This document shows, piece after piece, positions 26,815 through 37,322 of a stretch of 64,000 bases of DNA. This stretch comes from Candidatus Gottesmanbacteria bacterium (lineage in GTDB: Bacteria > Patescibacteriota > Microgenomatia > UBA10105 > UBA927). The DNA lies in assembly GCA_030679255.1 (NCBI GenBank), contig JAUXTO010000030.1, forward strand, positions 3,420 through 67,419, written 5' to 3'. The translations under genes and the position numbers were made by a program. Under the pieces are notes generated by a model. The model was not told the origin of the DNA. It ran no database searches and worked only from the letters and a program-made list of their open reading frames with translations. Every line of letters starts with the position of its first letter. Position 1 is the first letter of the stretch.

Positions 26815-27497
26815 CATTTGACGATCTCCAAAAAACAATCGGTGTCACGTTTACGGATCCGGAGCTTTTAAAAGCTGCATTTTATCACCGCTCGTACCTC
26901 AACGAATCGCACGGAGTGAATGAGTCCAACGAACGGTTGGAATTTTTAGGCGATGCCGTATTATCATTTCACACTTCGCATTTTCTCTATGCCAAATACC
27001 CTACGGAACCCGAGGGGACACTCACCAATATCAGAAGCAGTCTCGTCAAAACCAAAAGCCTTGCCGATAGCGCGCACGAACTTCACCTTGGGGATCTCTT
27101 ATTTTTAAGCCGCGGCGAAGAAGATTCCGGAGGACGCACCAATAGTTCGCTCCTTGCGGACACCTTTGAGGCTCTATTGGGTGCCATATTTCTGGATCAA
27201 GGTAGTACGGTTGCCCGGGAATTTTTAGAAAAACATCTCTATCTCAAAGTCGAGGATATCGTAAAAAATAAATCCTACATTGATTATAAAAGTCTCCTAC
27301 AGGAAATCATCCAAAGTGAAAGCCGTATCTCACCCACGTATACGGTCACAAAAAGCGAAGGACCGGATCATGCGAAGACATTTTGGGTTGAAGCAAAAGC
27401 CGAAACCCGGGTGCTTGGCAGTGGCATGGGCAAATCCAAACAAGAAGCGGAAAATGCCGCCGCGACGAATGCGCTTGCCGCAATGGGCAAACTTTGA
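26811..27497 (+). CDS. rnc: Ribonuclease III
   Basis: NERLEFLGDAVL, DTFEALLGAI and a dsRBD. Confidence 0.97.
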   Translation: MTFDDLQKTIGVTFTDPELLKAAFYHRSYLNESHGVNESNERLEFLGDAVLSFHTSHFLYAKYPTEPEGTLTNIRSSLVKTKSLADSAHELHLGDLLFLSRGEEDSGGRTNSSLLADTFEALLGAIFLDQGSTVAREFLEKHLYLKVEDIVKNKSYIDYKSLLQEIIQSESRISPTYTVTKSEGPDHAKTFWVEAKAETRVLGSGMGKSKQEAENAAATNALAAMGKL

Positions 27498-27512
27498 TAG
27501 AATGGTGGTTCT

Positions 27513-27740
27513 ATGGTAAAAATCCGTCTCACGCAAACAGGCACAAAAAATAGAAAAACCTATAGACTCGTTGCTATGGAAGAAGGAAAACGACGCGATG
27601 GACGGGCAATAGAAATTTTAGGCTTTTATAATCCGCTCGTCCAACCCCCCCAAGTGAGCATCAAACGTGACCGTGTGGACTACTGGCTTTCCGTCGGGGC
27701 CCAGCTGACGCCAGCCGCAGAGAAGTTAGTAAAAAACTAA
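27513..27740 (+). CDS. rpsP: 30S ribosomal protein S16
   Basis: MVKIRL, RDGRAIEILGFYNP and WLSVGAQ motifs. Confidence 0.96.
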   Translation: MVKIRLTQTGTKNRKTYRLVAMEEGKRRDGRAIEILGFYNPLVQPPQVSIKRDRVDYWLSVGAQLTPAAEKLVKN

Positions 27741-27741
27741 T

Positions 27742-27990
27742 ATGAAAGATACCCTCCTTTTTCTCGTGGCCTCAATTGTGGATCATCCCGATGACGTATC
27801 CGTCATCGAAGAGATCAATGAAGATCGTACGATTCTTCGCCTAACCTGCCACCCTGAAGACATGGGTAAAGTCATCGGAAAAAGCGGCCGGATCATCCGG
27901 GCAATCCGGGATCTGGTCAAACTCATCGCGGCCAAACGCGGAGTATACGCCGATGTGGAGTTAGTAGAAAATAATCCAATAAAGGAATAA
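27742..27990 (+). CDS. khpA: KH domain RNA-binding protein (KhpA)
   Basis: DMGKVIGKSGR; lies between rpsP and trmD. Confidence 0.9.
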   Translation: MKDTLLFLVASIVDHPDDVSVIEEINEDRTILRLTCHPEDMGKVIGKSGRIIRAIRDLVKLIAAKRGVYADVELVENNPIKE

Positions 27991-28075
27991 TAGAATAAAC
28001 AAATAAGAGAATACAAATACTGCAGCTCCATTTGATTATTCCATTATTTCGTTATTCTCTTATTCGTTTATTATC
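27970..28075. repeat. Inverted array of 8-nt periodic repeats
   Basis: (aataaNNN)n followed by (NttattNN)n. Confidence 0.7.
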
Positions 28076-28083
28076 CTCCTTGT

Positions 28084-28776
28084 ATGCTCATCACGATCCT
28101 CACCCTCTTCCCTGAAATGTTTATCGGCCCATTCGACTACTCGATCGTCAAGCGCGCGCAGGGTAAAGGAAAGGTAACCATACAAACAATCAATATCCGT
28201 GACTATGCCAATGACGCATATAAATCCGTTGACGACCGCCCCTACGGCGGGGGAGTGGGGATGATTATGAGAGTCGATGTGATCGACCGGGCGCTACAAC
28301 AGACAATAAACAATAAGCAAAAAACAACAACGAAAATAGTTCTTCTTGATCCTCGCGGCACTACCTTCACGCAAGCGAAAGCCAGGACGCTCGCCAAACT
28401 CGACCATCTCGTTCTCATCTGCGGACACTATGAGGGCATTGATGAACGGGTGAAATCGCTCGTCGATGAGTCTCTTTCTATCGGCGATTATGTCCTTACG
28501 GGCGGAGAACTTCCTGCAATGGTCATGACCGATGCAATCGTCCGCCTTCTCCCCGGTGTATTAAAAGAAGGGGTCACTCAATCCGAATCGTATTCATTCG
28601 AAATTCGAAATTCGAAATTCGAAATTCCAATGTTAGAATATCCCCAATACACCCGTCCAGAAGTATACAACGGCATGAAGGTGCCGGAAGTTCTCCTCTC
28701 CGGTAATCATAAAAAAATAGAGCAGTGGAAAAAAGATCACGCTACCGCGAAAAAGGGTCGCGTTTACCGCCCGTAA
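28084..28776 (+). CDS. trmD: tRNA (guanine-N1)-methyltransferase
   Basis: VDDRPYGGG, CGHYEGIDER and SIGDYVLTGGE motifs. Confidence 0.98.
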   Translation: MLITILTLFPEMFIGPFDYSIVKRAQGKGKVTIQTINIRDYANDAYKSVDDRPYGGGVGMIMRVDVIDRALQQTINNKQKTTTKIVLLDPRGTTFTQAKARTLAKLDHLVLICGHYEGIDERVKSLVDESLSIGDYVLTGGELPAMVMTDAIVRLLPGVLKEGVTQSESYSFEIRNSKFEIPMLEYPQYTRPEVYNGMKVPEVLLSGNHKKIEQWKKDHATAKKGRVYRP

Positions 28777-29482
28777 CTGGCGTGAGAGATTCTGTGAAAC
28801 CCCCAGATACATCCGGATATTGGATGATTTTAGCAAGAATTGCTTCTTCTTTTTGAGAAAGCGGGGTAACCTGCGCCTGTATGCTCCCGACTTTCGTCGG
28901 CAATGGTTGATAGAAAGCAGTAAGGGCAAGCCGCACCTGGGTGACTCCTGTGGCGCTTATGGATATATCAAAATTCGTCACGTCAAATATCCTCCGGATA
29001 GCATTAATTTTTCCGACAAAACCCCTGATCTGATCGTACGTTCCGGATGCGGTAAGCACAAACGGGAGCGCACTGGCACCAATCTTTTTTTCTGACGCGC
29101 TCTGCCGGATAGTGGCAGACATACTTGCGAGTGTTCCGGGGCTTGCGAGACTCAAGTCAATGATACTGACCCCGGTCTGTTGAGAGAGTCCCTCGATAGT
29201 GCTAAAAACCGTCGGTACGGACTTTTCCTGAGGTACTGCCGACACAAGAAGAATAAGCCTATCTCGGATATCCTCCTCGTTGAGGGCCACAAGAAGCGCA
29301 AGTTTACCCTGAAGCGCACCCACATCCCTCTCTACCGCTTTGAGACTATCATAGAGATCGCCGGTTGCCCGGATGCCGGGAATGACCGCAAATACCAGGG
29401 CAAGCGTCCCAAAAAACAAAATGACTCCGGATATCACAAATCCCTGATATGTACGTAAAAATCTTCTGATATATCGATCCAT
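28742..29482 (-). CDS. Type IV pilus PilO-like protein
   Basis: TM helix plus coiled coil, GTYDQIRGFV...RIFDV; follows pilM-pilN. Confidence 0.75.
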   Translation of the reverse strand: MDRYIRRFLRTYQGFVISGVILFFGTLALVFAVIPGIRATGDLYDSLKAVERDVGALQGKLALLVALNEEDIRDRLILLVSAVPQEKSVPTVFSTIEGLSQQTGVSIIDLSLASPGTLASMSATIRQSASEKKIGASALPFVLTASGTYDQIRGFVGKINAIRRIFDVTNFDISISATGVTQVRLALTAFYQPLPTKVGSIQAQVTPLSQKEEAILAKIIQYPDVSGGFTESLTPVTGGKRDPFSR

Positions 29483-29483
29483 A

Positions 29484-30029
29484 TTAAAATATCGGTGTAA
29501 AGATCAGTGATACTTTTACCACACCATCCTTCTGGTACTGCACGGATTCAAGAATTGGGTTGGCAATTGTTTTACGGGCTACTTCCGTGAGTACGCGTTC
29601 GACGACACGGAACGTGTCTTCTAGTGTCTTGTTGGTAATACTTAAATTTACTTCATCGTTCTCACCGACGGAAAACGAGGTTCTGGTCCCCGAAGCCGTA
29701 ATACGGTCAATCAAATCCAATACACCGAGCCACGAACGCTGCCCTTCCAGAATCCGACCCGTTATCGCGATCCTATCTTTAAGTGACGCAAAAAGTCCTT
29801 CCTTGCGCAGTTGTCCGCCTATGGCCGTCATAAGGGTCTGTTTTTGCGCGGACATAGCCGCGAATTGACTGCGTAGGATTGCGTAACCTATTCCAAAAAA
29901 TAATCCTGATAACACGAGAACGATGAGAAGGACTATGCTTATGGTGCGCAGTTGCCCATCTATGGCGACCCATTGCGGCGTGAGCATAGTCTTGGCTTTT
30001 AGAAGATTAATATCGGAGGATTTTGCCAT
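29484..30029 (-). CDS. Type IV pilus PilN-like protein
   Basis: INLL motif followed by a TM helix. Confidence 0.75.
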   Translation of the reverse strand: MAKSSDINLLKAKTMLTPQWVAIDGQLRTISIVLLIVLVLSGLFFGIGYAILRSQFAAMSAQKQTLMTAIGGQLRKEGLFASLKDRIAITGRILEGQRSWLGVLDLIDRITASGTRTSFSVGENDEVNLSITNKTLEDTFRVVERVLTEVARKTIANPILESVQYQKDGVVKVSLIFTPIF

Positions 30030-30054
30030 ACATGTACCCGATTCACGATCGCTT

Positions 30055-31074
30055 TCATCGAAACGCAAGTCCCACAGCAACACTAAATACCGGTCCCTCG
30101 GCGTCGAGCACATGAAATCGGGGATCGCGCACAATCCCTATCCATGGATTGGCCAACTGCACCTCTATACCAAGTTTTTCAGCCATATAGACGACCATAC
30201 CGGGAACTTTAGCCGTGCCTCCCGATATGATTGCCACGCCGATATTTTCCTCTTTATATTTTTCCTGATAATAAGCAACCGCCCGCTTCATTTCGTTGAT
30301 GATCGTATCCATGATGGGGGAGACGGCCGTCAACAATTTTCCTTCAAGTTTATCTTTTTCTATGCCGTATGTTTTCTTAAATTCCTCTGCTTGAGAAATT
30401 TCAAACCCAAATGCTTGAGCAACAGCCCGGGAGAGCGCTTCTCCTCCGGAACTAATCGACCGCGTGAAAGAAAAAATACCATTCCGTAAGATGGCCAGAT
30501 CCGTCGTCTGGGCGCCCAGACTCACGATCATAACCGTCCGCACAGAACTTGTGGACCGGATAAGCGACCGGGATGCGGCGATGATCTCCGTCTCGACGGC
30601 GACAGGAGTCAATTCCGCGAGCTCCAGTATCGTGACATATTTTTCCACAAGCGTCTTTGGGCTGGCGACCAGCAATACATCCATTTTATTTGTTCCGGTT
30701 TCGCGGGCCTCCCGAAGGATCGTAAAGTCGACCGTCACCTGATCCAATGGCAGGGGAATATACTGTTCCGCTTCCCATTTTATGGCGCTCGTCAATTCCC
30801 GGTCGGATAGCTGCGGCACTTCAATAACCCGGGTAAATACCTGAGACTCGGGGAGAGCGATATTCACATTTTTCGTGATTGCACCCGTTTCTTTCCATAA
30901 CTTTTTTACCACAGAGGCAATACTCTCCAAATCTTCCGGATTGACGGCGAGCAGTGCTTTGGGTGGGGTGGGAATGGATCCGGCAGCCATAAGCACCGCC
31001 TCATCTTTGCGGCGGCCTATTTCCACGAGTTTAATGCTATGCGATCCGATGTCCAATCCAATAATTGAATCCAT
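30055..31074 (-). CDS. pilM: Type IV pilus assembly protein PilM
   Basis: IGLDIGSHSIK, EAEQYIP and AVGLA motifs. Confidence 0.95.
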   Translation of the reverse strand: MDSIIGLDIGSHSIKLVEIGRRKDEAVLMAAGSIPTPPKALLAVNPEDLESIASVVKKLWKETGAITKNVNIALPESQVFTRVIEVPQLSDRELTSAIKWEAEQYIPLPLDQVTVDFTILREARETGTNKMDVLLVASPKTLVEKYVTILELAELTPVAVETEIIAASRSLIRSTSSVRTVMIVSLGAQTTDLAILRNGIFSFTRSISSGGEALSRAVAQAFGFEISQAEEFKKTYGIEKDKLEGKLLTAVSPIMDTIINEMKRAVAYYQEKYKEENIGVAIISGGTAKVPGMVVYMAEKLGIEVQLANPWIGIVRDPRFHVLDAEGPVFSVAVGLAFR

Positions 31075-31080
31075 ATGGGA

Positions 31081-31926
31081 TTAATGTCCAAACGATCCTT
31101 GGCTATAGATGACGGAATCAAAGACTGAAGGCGGGGAACGATACTGTTGATAGACGACGATTTTACGGGTAATTCCATTTCCGCTCGTTCCTGTAGATTC
31201 TAATTTGCTTCCCTGTAGGGCAAGCGCGCTTGTGGTATTGACCGCAATGGAAGCGTCTGCATAAAGTGGGACGATGCGGACCATGAGGAGAGTATCAGAC
31301 GCCGGCACGACAGCCGGGGTAAACGAACCAAACGTGATGGTTTGTTTATACGTTGTACCCGTTCCCGCACCGCATCCTCCCGTGCTTGCCGTCACACCGG
31401 AAAATTTATTCGTAAGCGCGCGGGTACTATCGGAATCATACGATCCCCGTGCCATCCGATAGAGTCCCCCAGCAGTCTTATAGACAATTGCGACACTCAA
31501 TGCAGGCGTGACACTCTCCTGACTCCAACATACATCGATCGTCGGGCTGGTATACGTGGGAGTTTCTATGAGCGTACCATCAGCGTTGTGATTGACGAGC
31601 CACAAGGTCTCCGTCGTCCCACGGCTAACCTTTTTGGGAAACACGTACGCTCCGAGAGCGCCTCCAATATCTGCTTTTGCCACTGCATACGTTACTCCCG
31701 CGGTGAGCACTTGAGCACCACTAGTTCCAACTCCAGTTTTGAGTGCTTCCTCAATACCAGCCTCTGCGGCGCTGAATGCGCGGGAAGATTCCGTAATTTG
31801 ATTGCTGATGGCCACATCAGTCGTCGACCTACCGATGAGGGAGAGGGCAATCGTGGTAGCAATGGACAACACCAATAAACTGATGAGAACAATTTGTCCG
31901 GATTGACGCGTTTGCGTTTTGTTCAT
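31081..31926 (-). CDS. PilX-like minor pilin
   Basis: SGQIVL...AFSAAEAGIE. Confidence 0.8.
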   Translation of the reverse strand: MNKTQTRQSGQIVLISLLVLSIATTIALSLIGRSTTDVAISNQITESSRAFSAAEAGIEEALKTGVGTSGAQVLTAGVTYAVAKADIGGALGAYVFPKKVSRGTTETLWLVNHNADGTLIETPTYTSPTIDVCWSQESVTPALSVAIVYKTAGGLYRMARGSYDSDSTRALTNKFSGVTASTGGCGAGTGTTYKQTITFGSFTPAVVPASDTLLMVRIVPLYADASIAVNTTSALALQGSKLESTGTSGNGITRKIVVYQQYRSPPSVFDSVIYSQGSFGH

Positions 31927-31970
31927 AGATATATCTATTGTAGTCAGAATCGGAAATTGATTGCAAGAGC

Positions 31971-32510
31971 TTATTGACTCCGGATCCCTATACTGGTCTG
32001 AAACGTCGTACTTGCTTTTTCAAACTGATCGACTGGCGTGCCCTTTTGAGATACTTGAAACGAAACTTTAAGACTTCGGGGTACTTGGGCTATCGCGGTA
32101 CAATAAAATACAAGCGAATCCGTATCGCACGATGTGCCGCCAAGCGTCACGGCATTACTCGTGAGATATTCGGTGGCTGATGCGCTCACCGATGCCAGTC
32201 GAGAGATCGATCCGTCCATTTGACACATAAACGTCGTCGTCAGCCCATCAGGATTGACAATCGCGGCGCTCAGGGTTGCGACACTCCCGTCACTTGAACA
32301 CGTTGCCGTCAGTGTGCGGGCGTTACGGATCATCCGATCCATGACAGCCAACGTATATTCACCGTTTTGTTTCACATCAGTCATCCGCTCAACTTTGGTA
32401 TTACTTCGCGACGTCGTAAAAAATGCTTGTGCCAGGAGCACGCCCAACCCCGATACGATCGCGACCGATACCAGAAGTTCTATGAGTGTAAACCCTTTAT
32501 TTTTTTTCAT
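31971..32510 (-). CDS. Minor pilin (PilW-like)
   Basis: KGFTLIELL prepilin motif. Confidence 0.88.
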   Translation of the reverse strand: MKKNKGFTLIELLVSVAIVSGLGVLLAQAFFTTSRSNTKVERMTDVKQNGEYTLAVMDRMIRNARTLTATCSSDGSVATLSAAIVNPDGLTTTFMCQMDGSISRLASVSASATEYLTSNAVTLGGTSCDTDSLVFYCTAIAQVPRSLKVSFQVSQKGTPVDQFEKASTTFQTSIGIRSQ

Positions 32511-32511
32511 A

Positions 32512-32970
32512 TCATTTCCATTGCGTAAAATAGGTGGTGACGGGCACGGTAAATGTTTTATTTCCGTCTATCCATGACACGACGACGTCGACCTTCATTT
32601 TCTTATCAATCTCGATCCAGGTCAAGGTCACTGTCCTTGTATAAACAGTATCAATATTCGTACTACAAGAGCCGGACATCGCCGTCCATACACCAGCTTT
32701 ATTCAAGCACCACGAGAGAGGGGAGACCCCGCCATAGGTAAAAAATGTCGTCCACCCGCTATCCCGGAGGTTCCGGGTAACCTCTATAGCCTCCTGAGCG
32801 TATTGGACAGCCTGGCTGCGGGCTTTTCCATATTGAGATGCCTTAAGAGTCACACTCGTGCCAAAAATAAGCCCGGTGACGAGAAGCACGACAACGCCGA
32901 TAGCGACCACCACCTCAGCGAGCGTCTGCCCGGATTGATATTCAGAATGGTTATGTTGATTCTTTTTCAC
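32512..32970 (-). CDS. Minor pilin (PilV-like)
   Basis: SGQTLAEVV prepilin-like motif. Confidence 0.8.
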   Translation of the reverse strand: MKKNQHNHSEYQSGQTLAEVVVAIGVVVLLVTGLIFGTSVTLKASQYGKARSQAVQYAQEAIEVTRNLRDSGWTTFFTYGGVSPLSWCLNKAGVWTAMSGSCSTNIDTVYTRTVTLTWIEIDKKMKVDVVVSWIDGNKTFTVPVTTYFTQWK

Positions 32971-32992
32971 TTTGTTACTTTGTTACTTTGTT

Positions 32993-33466
32993 TTACTGTA
33001 CAAGGGTCACTTCACTCATATCGCCGCTTTTCATAACCGTAAACCGGAGGGTTTGGGATGCTCCGACGATAGTGACCGTCACATCGCTATCAGCTCCCTG
33101 CGTCAGTACGCGAAAAAGCATGTCCGCAGGAACCGGGGAAAATGTATTGCCGCTTTCGAGTGTGTAGGTTTGTGCGCTTCCAGCAGGACCGTCAGAACAC
33201 TGTGCTTGAATGGCGTACGTATTGGAGGTGAAACTCACCCGATATCCCAACAATTGAGTACAACCATTCCCTGGTTTATCCCCATTATACGCCCGGGATT
33301 GGGCAAGCCGGAGATTGTTTTTGACCGTGAGCACTGCCGATCTGGTCTTCTGCGCGTCATTGTAGGTATTGTAGTTGACGATCACTCCGCCCGTGATAAG
33401 CATCACAATGGCTACAGAAACCAAAAGTTCGATGAGGGTGAACCCATTAGGGGCTTTTTGCGCCAT
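32993..33466 (-). CDS. Minor pilin (FimT/GspH-like)
   Basis: NGFTLIELL motif. Confidence 0.88.
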   Translation of the reverse strand: MAQKAPNGFTLIELLVSVAIVMLITGGVIVNYNTYNDAQKTRSAVLTVKNNLRLAQSRAYNGDKPGNGCTQLLGYRVSFTSNTYAIQAQCSDGPAGSAQTYTLESGNTFSPVPADMLFRVLTQGADSDVTVTIVGASQTLRFTVMKSGDMSEVTLVQ

Positions 33467-33896
33467 AATTGTGACTATTCGTTGTATCAGGTGTACACGT
33501 ATCTGCAGGGTTTACTTCCGATTCAATAAGCGCGCTCATACAATATCCGTAATAATTGCCTCCTGATGGATTTGCGGGTTGATAGCGATAGGTTTGGGTG
33601 GATTTGGGATCTGATGGGATAGCAGGAAGATAACTACTCACCAATGTTGTGCTCAGGCATGAAGCATCATTCCAACTTGGTGACACATTCGCGCAGCCCT
33701 GGGAGGAACCAGGGTAATACCCCGTATCGGCCCTGTACATCTCGAGCCCACTACGCAATTGCTCAATATCTCCCTTTCGTTTTGCGTCCCGTGACCGTTT
33801 ATTCACAGATCCGTACGATACGACACCGATCGAAATAAGAATAGCAATGATAGACACAGCGATAAGTAATTCAATGAGGGTAAATCCTTTTTTCAT
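33447..33896 (-). CDS. Pilin (GspG-like)
   Basis: KGFTLIELL, RDAKRKGD and PSDP motifs. Confidence 0.88.
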   Translation of the reverse strand: MKKGFTLIELLIAVSIIAILISIGVVSYGSVNKRSRDAKRKGDIEQLRSGLEMYRADTGYYPGSSQGCANVSPSWNDASCLSTTLVSSYLPAIPSDPKSTQTYRYQPANPSGGNYYGYCMSALIESEVNPADTCTPDTTNSHNYGAKSP

Positions 33897-33900
33897 AATC

Positions 33901-34305
33901 TTACTGAACATTTTTTACACAATATCTTCCAACATATCCGGTAGTCAATGTGTCGGAGACATCGCAACCCGCTACGCTATTTGTTTCACCCTCAAGTTCC
34001 GCGCATACGCAATAAATCGAACTCGTACAATCATTATCTTCCACATAGGTAGTACTTTTCTTGGGATCAGTGGGCAAACCGTTGGGTAAATAACTTGTCC
34101 CCGGAGAACAATTTGAAGGGTATGATCCACCAAAATCTGCGTTATATTGTTCCATTGCGCTTTGAATCGCTTTCAGATCACTTTTTCTCCGGCTATCCCT
34201 GGTTTTTTTCTGTGCCGTGGTGTATGCAAATGTCGCAATCGAAACGAGTATGCCGATGACGGCAATGACAATGAGTAACTCGATAAGCGTAAATCCACGT
34301 TTCAT
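33901..34305 (-). CDS. Pilin (GspG-like)
   Basis: MKRGFTLIELL and RDSRRKSDL; start taken at ATG 34305. Confidence 0.88.
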   Translation of the reverse strand: MKRGFTLIELLIVIAVIGILVSIATFAYTTAQKKTRDSRRKSDLKAIQSAMEQYNADFGGSYPSNCSPGTSYLPNGLPTDPKKSTTYVEDNDCTSSIYCVCAELEGETNSVAGCDVSDTLTTGYVGRYCVKNVQ

Positions 34306-35033
34306 AGTATATTCATCCACCATTGGATTAATTGCTTCCCCCAACCCAAAGCGATGATCGTTCCCAACACAAGAAACGGACCAAACGCAATGTGTGCGCG
34401 GAGCTGGGTTTTGCCCGTTAAAATAAGTATGACACCCACTACCGCACCCGTCAAGAATGCGAGGTAGGAAGCGACTATAATATTTGGAAAACCAAGAAGT
34501 AATCCCATCAGAAACGCAAATTTCACATCCCCCAGTCCCATACCTTTTCCGCGTGTCACAAGCCATAAAAGGAAAAAAAATCCTCCCGCGCCAAGAGCCG
34601 ATAGCCACAAGGCCTGGCCTTGAAGGAGGACGCCGACTATCCCAATGATGACCATGCTATCCGGAATGATCTGGTATTTAAAATCAGCAACGAAGATCAC
34701 CAGCAGTGAACAAAAAAACAGCAGCCATCCCACCAAAGCCAGGCTTTGGGGAAATTCTAAAGCCTGGCTTTGAAGATAAACAAATCCCACAGCCGTCACC
34801 AATTCCACCACCGGATACTGCCAGAATAATTTTTCATGACATCTCCGGCATCGACCACGTTGGAGAAAAAAAGAGAGAAGGGGAATGAGCTCATACCACC
34901 GAAGCACTTTTTTACAATGATCGCAAACAGACCGTCCTGTGATCACATCTTCCCCCCGCGGCAGCCGGTCAATGAGGACATTGAGAAACGATCCTACTGC
35001 CAGACCAAAGATAAATACTATCAATTCCATCAT
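34302..35033 (-). CDS. pilD: Prepilin peptidase
   Basis: GSFLNV, CxxC pairs, GMGLGDVK and AFGPFL motifs. Confidence 0.95.
   Translation of the reverse strand: MMELIVFIFGLAVGSFLNVLIDRLPRGEDVITGRSVCDHCKKVLRWYELIPLLSFFLQRGRCRRCHEKLFWQYPVVELVTAVGFVYLQSQALEFPQSLALVGWLLFFCSLLVIFVADFKYQIIPDSMVIIGIVGVLLQGQALWLSALGAGGFFFLLWLVTRGKGMGLGDVKFAFLMGLLLGFPNIIVASYLAFLTGAVVGVILILTGKTQLRAHIAFGPFLVLGTIIALGWGKQLIQWWMNIL
34602..34775. repeat. Three REP family A copies/variants in-frame in pilD
   Basis: CAAGGCCTGGCCTTG (34608-34622), CAAAGCCAGGCTTTG (34734-34748), TAAAGCCTGGCTTTG (34758-34772). Confidence 0.8.
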
Positions 35034-35066
35034 TTCTTAGTATAATCGCTACATCGGACTATTACT

Positions 35067-37322
35067 ATGAAGATCATCAAGCGATACATCTGGGATATCC
35101 TGGCGCTCACTGCAATAGCAACGGTTATTGGTATTTTTTTCTTCCGCTTCTTTTGGCCGGAACCGCAATTACTCGTTACTCCGGATTTTGGCAGAAGCGA
35201 TGCCTGGCATTTCAGCTTTGCGACGAAATTTGCGCTCTCTGAAAGTCTATCCCGCGGACAACTCCCGCTCTGGGAACCCCGGATGGGAATGGGGTTTCCA
35301 TTGTTTGCTGAAGGCCAAGTAGGCGCGCTCTTTCTCCCCAATCTCCTCCTCATGACTCTCCCGAGTCTGACAGGGTTGAACCCTGTCACCGCTTATAATG
35401 CTACGTACGTTATTCTGTTTCTCACATTGGGGTGGGGGATGTATGCATGGCTTCGCGTCATTGGATGTTCGCGGTTGGCGAGTTTATTCGGGGGGGTAAC
35501 CATCATGTTCTCCGGACAAACCATCCCTCGGCTGCCGCATCATACCCTTCTTCAATCCCTGAGCATGACGCCGATCCTCCTGGCGCTTGCTTATCGCGTT
35601 CTTACGGGAAAAAGTGCTATCTGGATATCCTTATTCGCCCTCGGCTTAAGCCAACAGCTCTTCACCGGGTCGCCGCAACCAGCGCTCCTCACGCTTTTCA
35701 TGATTGGCATATACACCGTCCTGACCTGCTATAGACAGGGTCTCGCCCTGTCACTTAAGCCTGTACTGCGCATACTATTGAGTATACTACTGGCTATCGG
35801 CATGTCTGCTATTCAACTATTGCCATCAGCTGAAATGCTCTCCCAATCCACATCCCCCCAGGGTTTTTCGCCGGAAGAGGCAAGCTATTATTCTCTTCCG
35901 CTCGTTCATCTGAAAACACTTGTGAGCCCGTTCATCCTGGGTAACCCCAAAAACGGAACATACCCACCATTTACCACATTTGACGGGAGTATTTTTTGGG
36001 AAAATAACCTGTACATCGGATGGCTACCATTCATTCTCGCGATCTTCGGCATTATTAGCCTCGCAAGGCAGTGCCTTGTAGCCTCGCAAGGCAGTGCCTT
36101 AAAAAATAAATATCTACCCATTTTTTTTCTCGTAACACTTATCGCATCATTCCTCCTTATGCTCGGAAAGTATTCTCCCGTTTATCTCGTCTATTCCGTC
36201 TGGCCGCTCAATCTTTTTCGGGTTCCATCCAGGTTTGCCTGGATATTCCTCATGACCATCGTATCTGCTTCTGCGTGGGTTATAACGCAAATGACCGGAA
36301 GGACCGGAAGATGGAATAAACTCTTTTCTGTGATCGTGAGCATTGTGGTCGGCATTCATGCGTATCAACTCATGGGTACCTGGTGGGACTATCACGCAAT
36401 CGCATCGGCACGTCTCTGGCTCGCCGCATCACCATTGATGAAAAAAATACAAGCTACCAAGGGCCCGGTCCGCACGATCGGCGTGGAACTCGTCCACAAC
36501 AAACAATTTCTCAAAACGGGGTGGACTCCCAATGCCGACACCTATCGATTCCTCACAAACGTTCCTTCTCCCAATGGCAATATCTACTGGAATATAACCC
36601 AGTCGGATGTCTATGCCGGCCGATTTCTCAAACGGTCATCTCTCGTAGAATCACTCTTAGGATCAGAATTAAAATCATCGGAAACCGTGGCAACAATAAG
36701 TGCCACGGCCAAACGCCTGCTTGATCTTTATCATGGCAATATCCTCGTGAGTACAATTCCCTTAGATATAAAAAATCCACTCTCAACGCTCGACGCGACC
36801 ACAAGCGCTGGGGTCACCATCACGGCGTATCGCAACGCGCAAGCGCTGCCCAGGGCCTATCTTGCCACACAAACAGTATTTACCCCGACTCTTTCCAAAG
36901 CTGCCGATACTCTGGCAAATCAATCGTTTATACCGGGAGTAAGCGTTCTCATCCACGACCAATCGCTTGTGCTGAATTCCGGAAATGATGAAGAAGGAGG
37001 AACGGTCAACATTACGCAGGATACACCGACGCGCGTCATGATGACGGCCAATGTCTCGGCGCCGCAAGCTATTCTCGTCTTTGGTGATACCTCTTATCCG
37101 GGGTGGAGGGCATCGATCAATGGAATGCAAACTCCGATCTATCCCGTCAACATCAAGGAGCGGGGAATTCTACTCACAAAAGGCAACCATGAAATAATTT
37201 GGACTTATGAACCCCTGGCATTTATCTTCGGCGCACGGATTTCGCTCGTGACCCTCATCCTGACTATTGCCCTCCCAATGGTATTTCCTCTTTTTGCCGC
37301 GCGGCTTCGTACATCCGCATAA
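35067..37322 (+). CDS. YfhO-family membrane glycosyltransferase (GT-C)
   Basis: LPLWEP..GMGFP, FRVPSRF, YPGWRA.ING; multi-TM. Contains family B copies at 35368-35388 and 35733-35753 and family A variants at 36064-36101. Confidence 0.85.
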   Translation: MKIIKRYIWDILALTAIATVIGIFFFRFFWPEPQLLVTPDFGRSDAWHFSFATKFALSESLSRGQLPLWEPRMGMGFPLFAEGQVGALFLPNLLLMTLPSLTGLNPVTAYNATYVILFLTLGWGMYAWLRVIGCSRLASLFGGVTIMFSGQTIPRLPHHTLLQSLSMTPILLALAYRVLTGKSAIWISLFALGLSQQLFTGSPQPALLTLFMIGIYTVLTCYRQGLALSLKPVLRILLSILLAIGMSAIQLLPSAEMLSQSTSPQGFSPEEASYYSLPLVHLKTLVSPFILGNPKNGTYPPFTTFDGSIFWENNLYIGWLPFILAIFGIISLARQCLVASQGSALKNKYLPIFFLVTLIASFLLMLGKYSPVYLVYSVWPLNLFRVPSRFAWIFLMTIVSASAWVITQMTGRTGRWNKLFSVIVSIVVGIHAYQLMGTWWDYHAIASARLWLAASPLMKKIQATKGPVRTIGVELVHNKQFLKTGWTPNADTYRFLTNVPSPNGNIYWNITQSDVYAGRFLKRSSLVESLLGSELKSSETVATISATAKRLLDLYHGNILVSTIPLDIKNPLSTLDATTSAGVTITAYRNAQALPRAYLATQTVFTPTLSKAADTLANQSFIPGVSVLIHDQSLVLNSGNDEEGGTVNITQDTPTRVMMTANVSAPQAILVFGDTSYPGWRASINGMQTPIYPVNIKERGILLTKGNHEIIWTYEPLAFIFGARISLVTLILTIALPMVFPLFAARLRTSA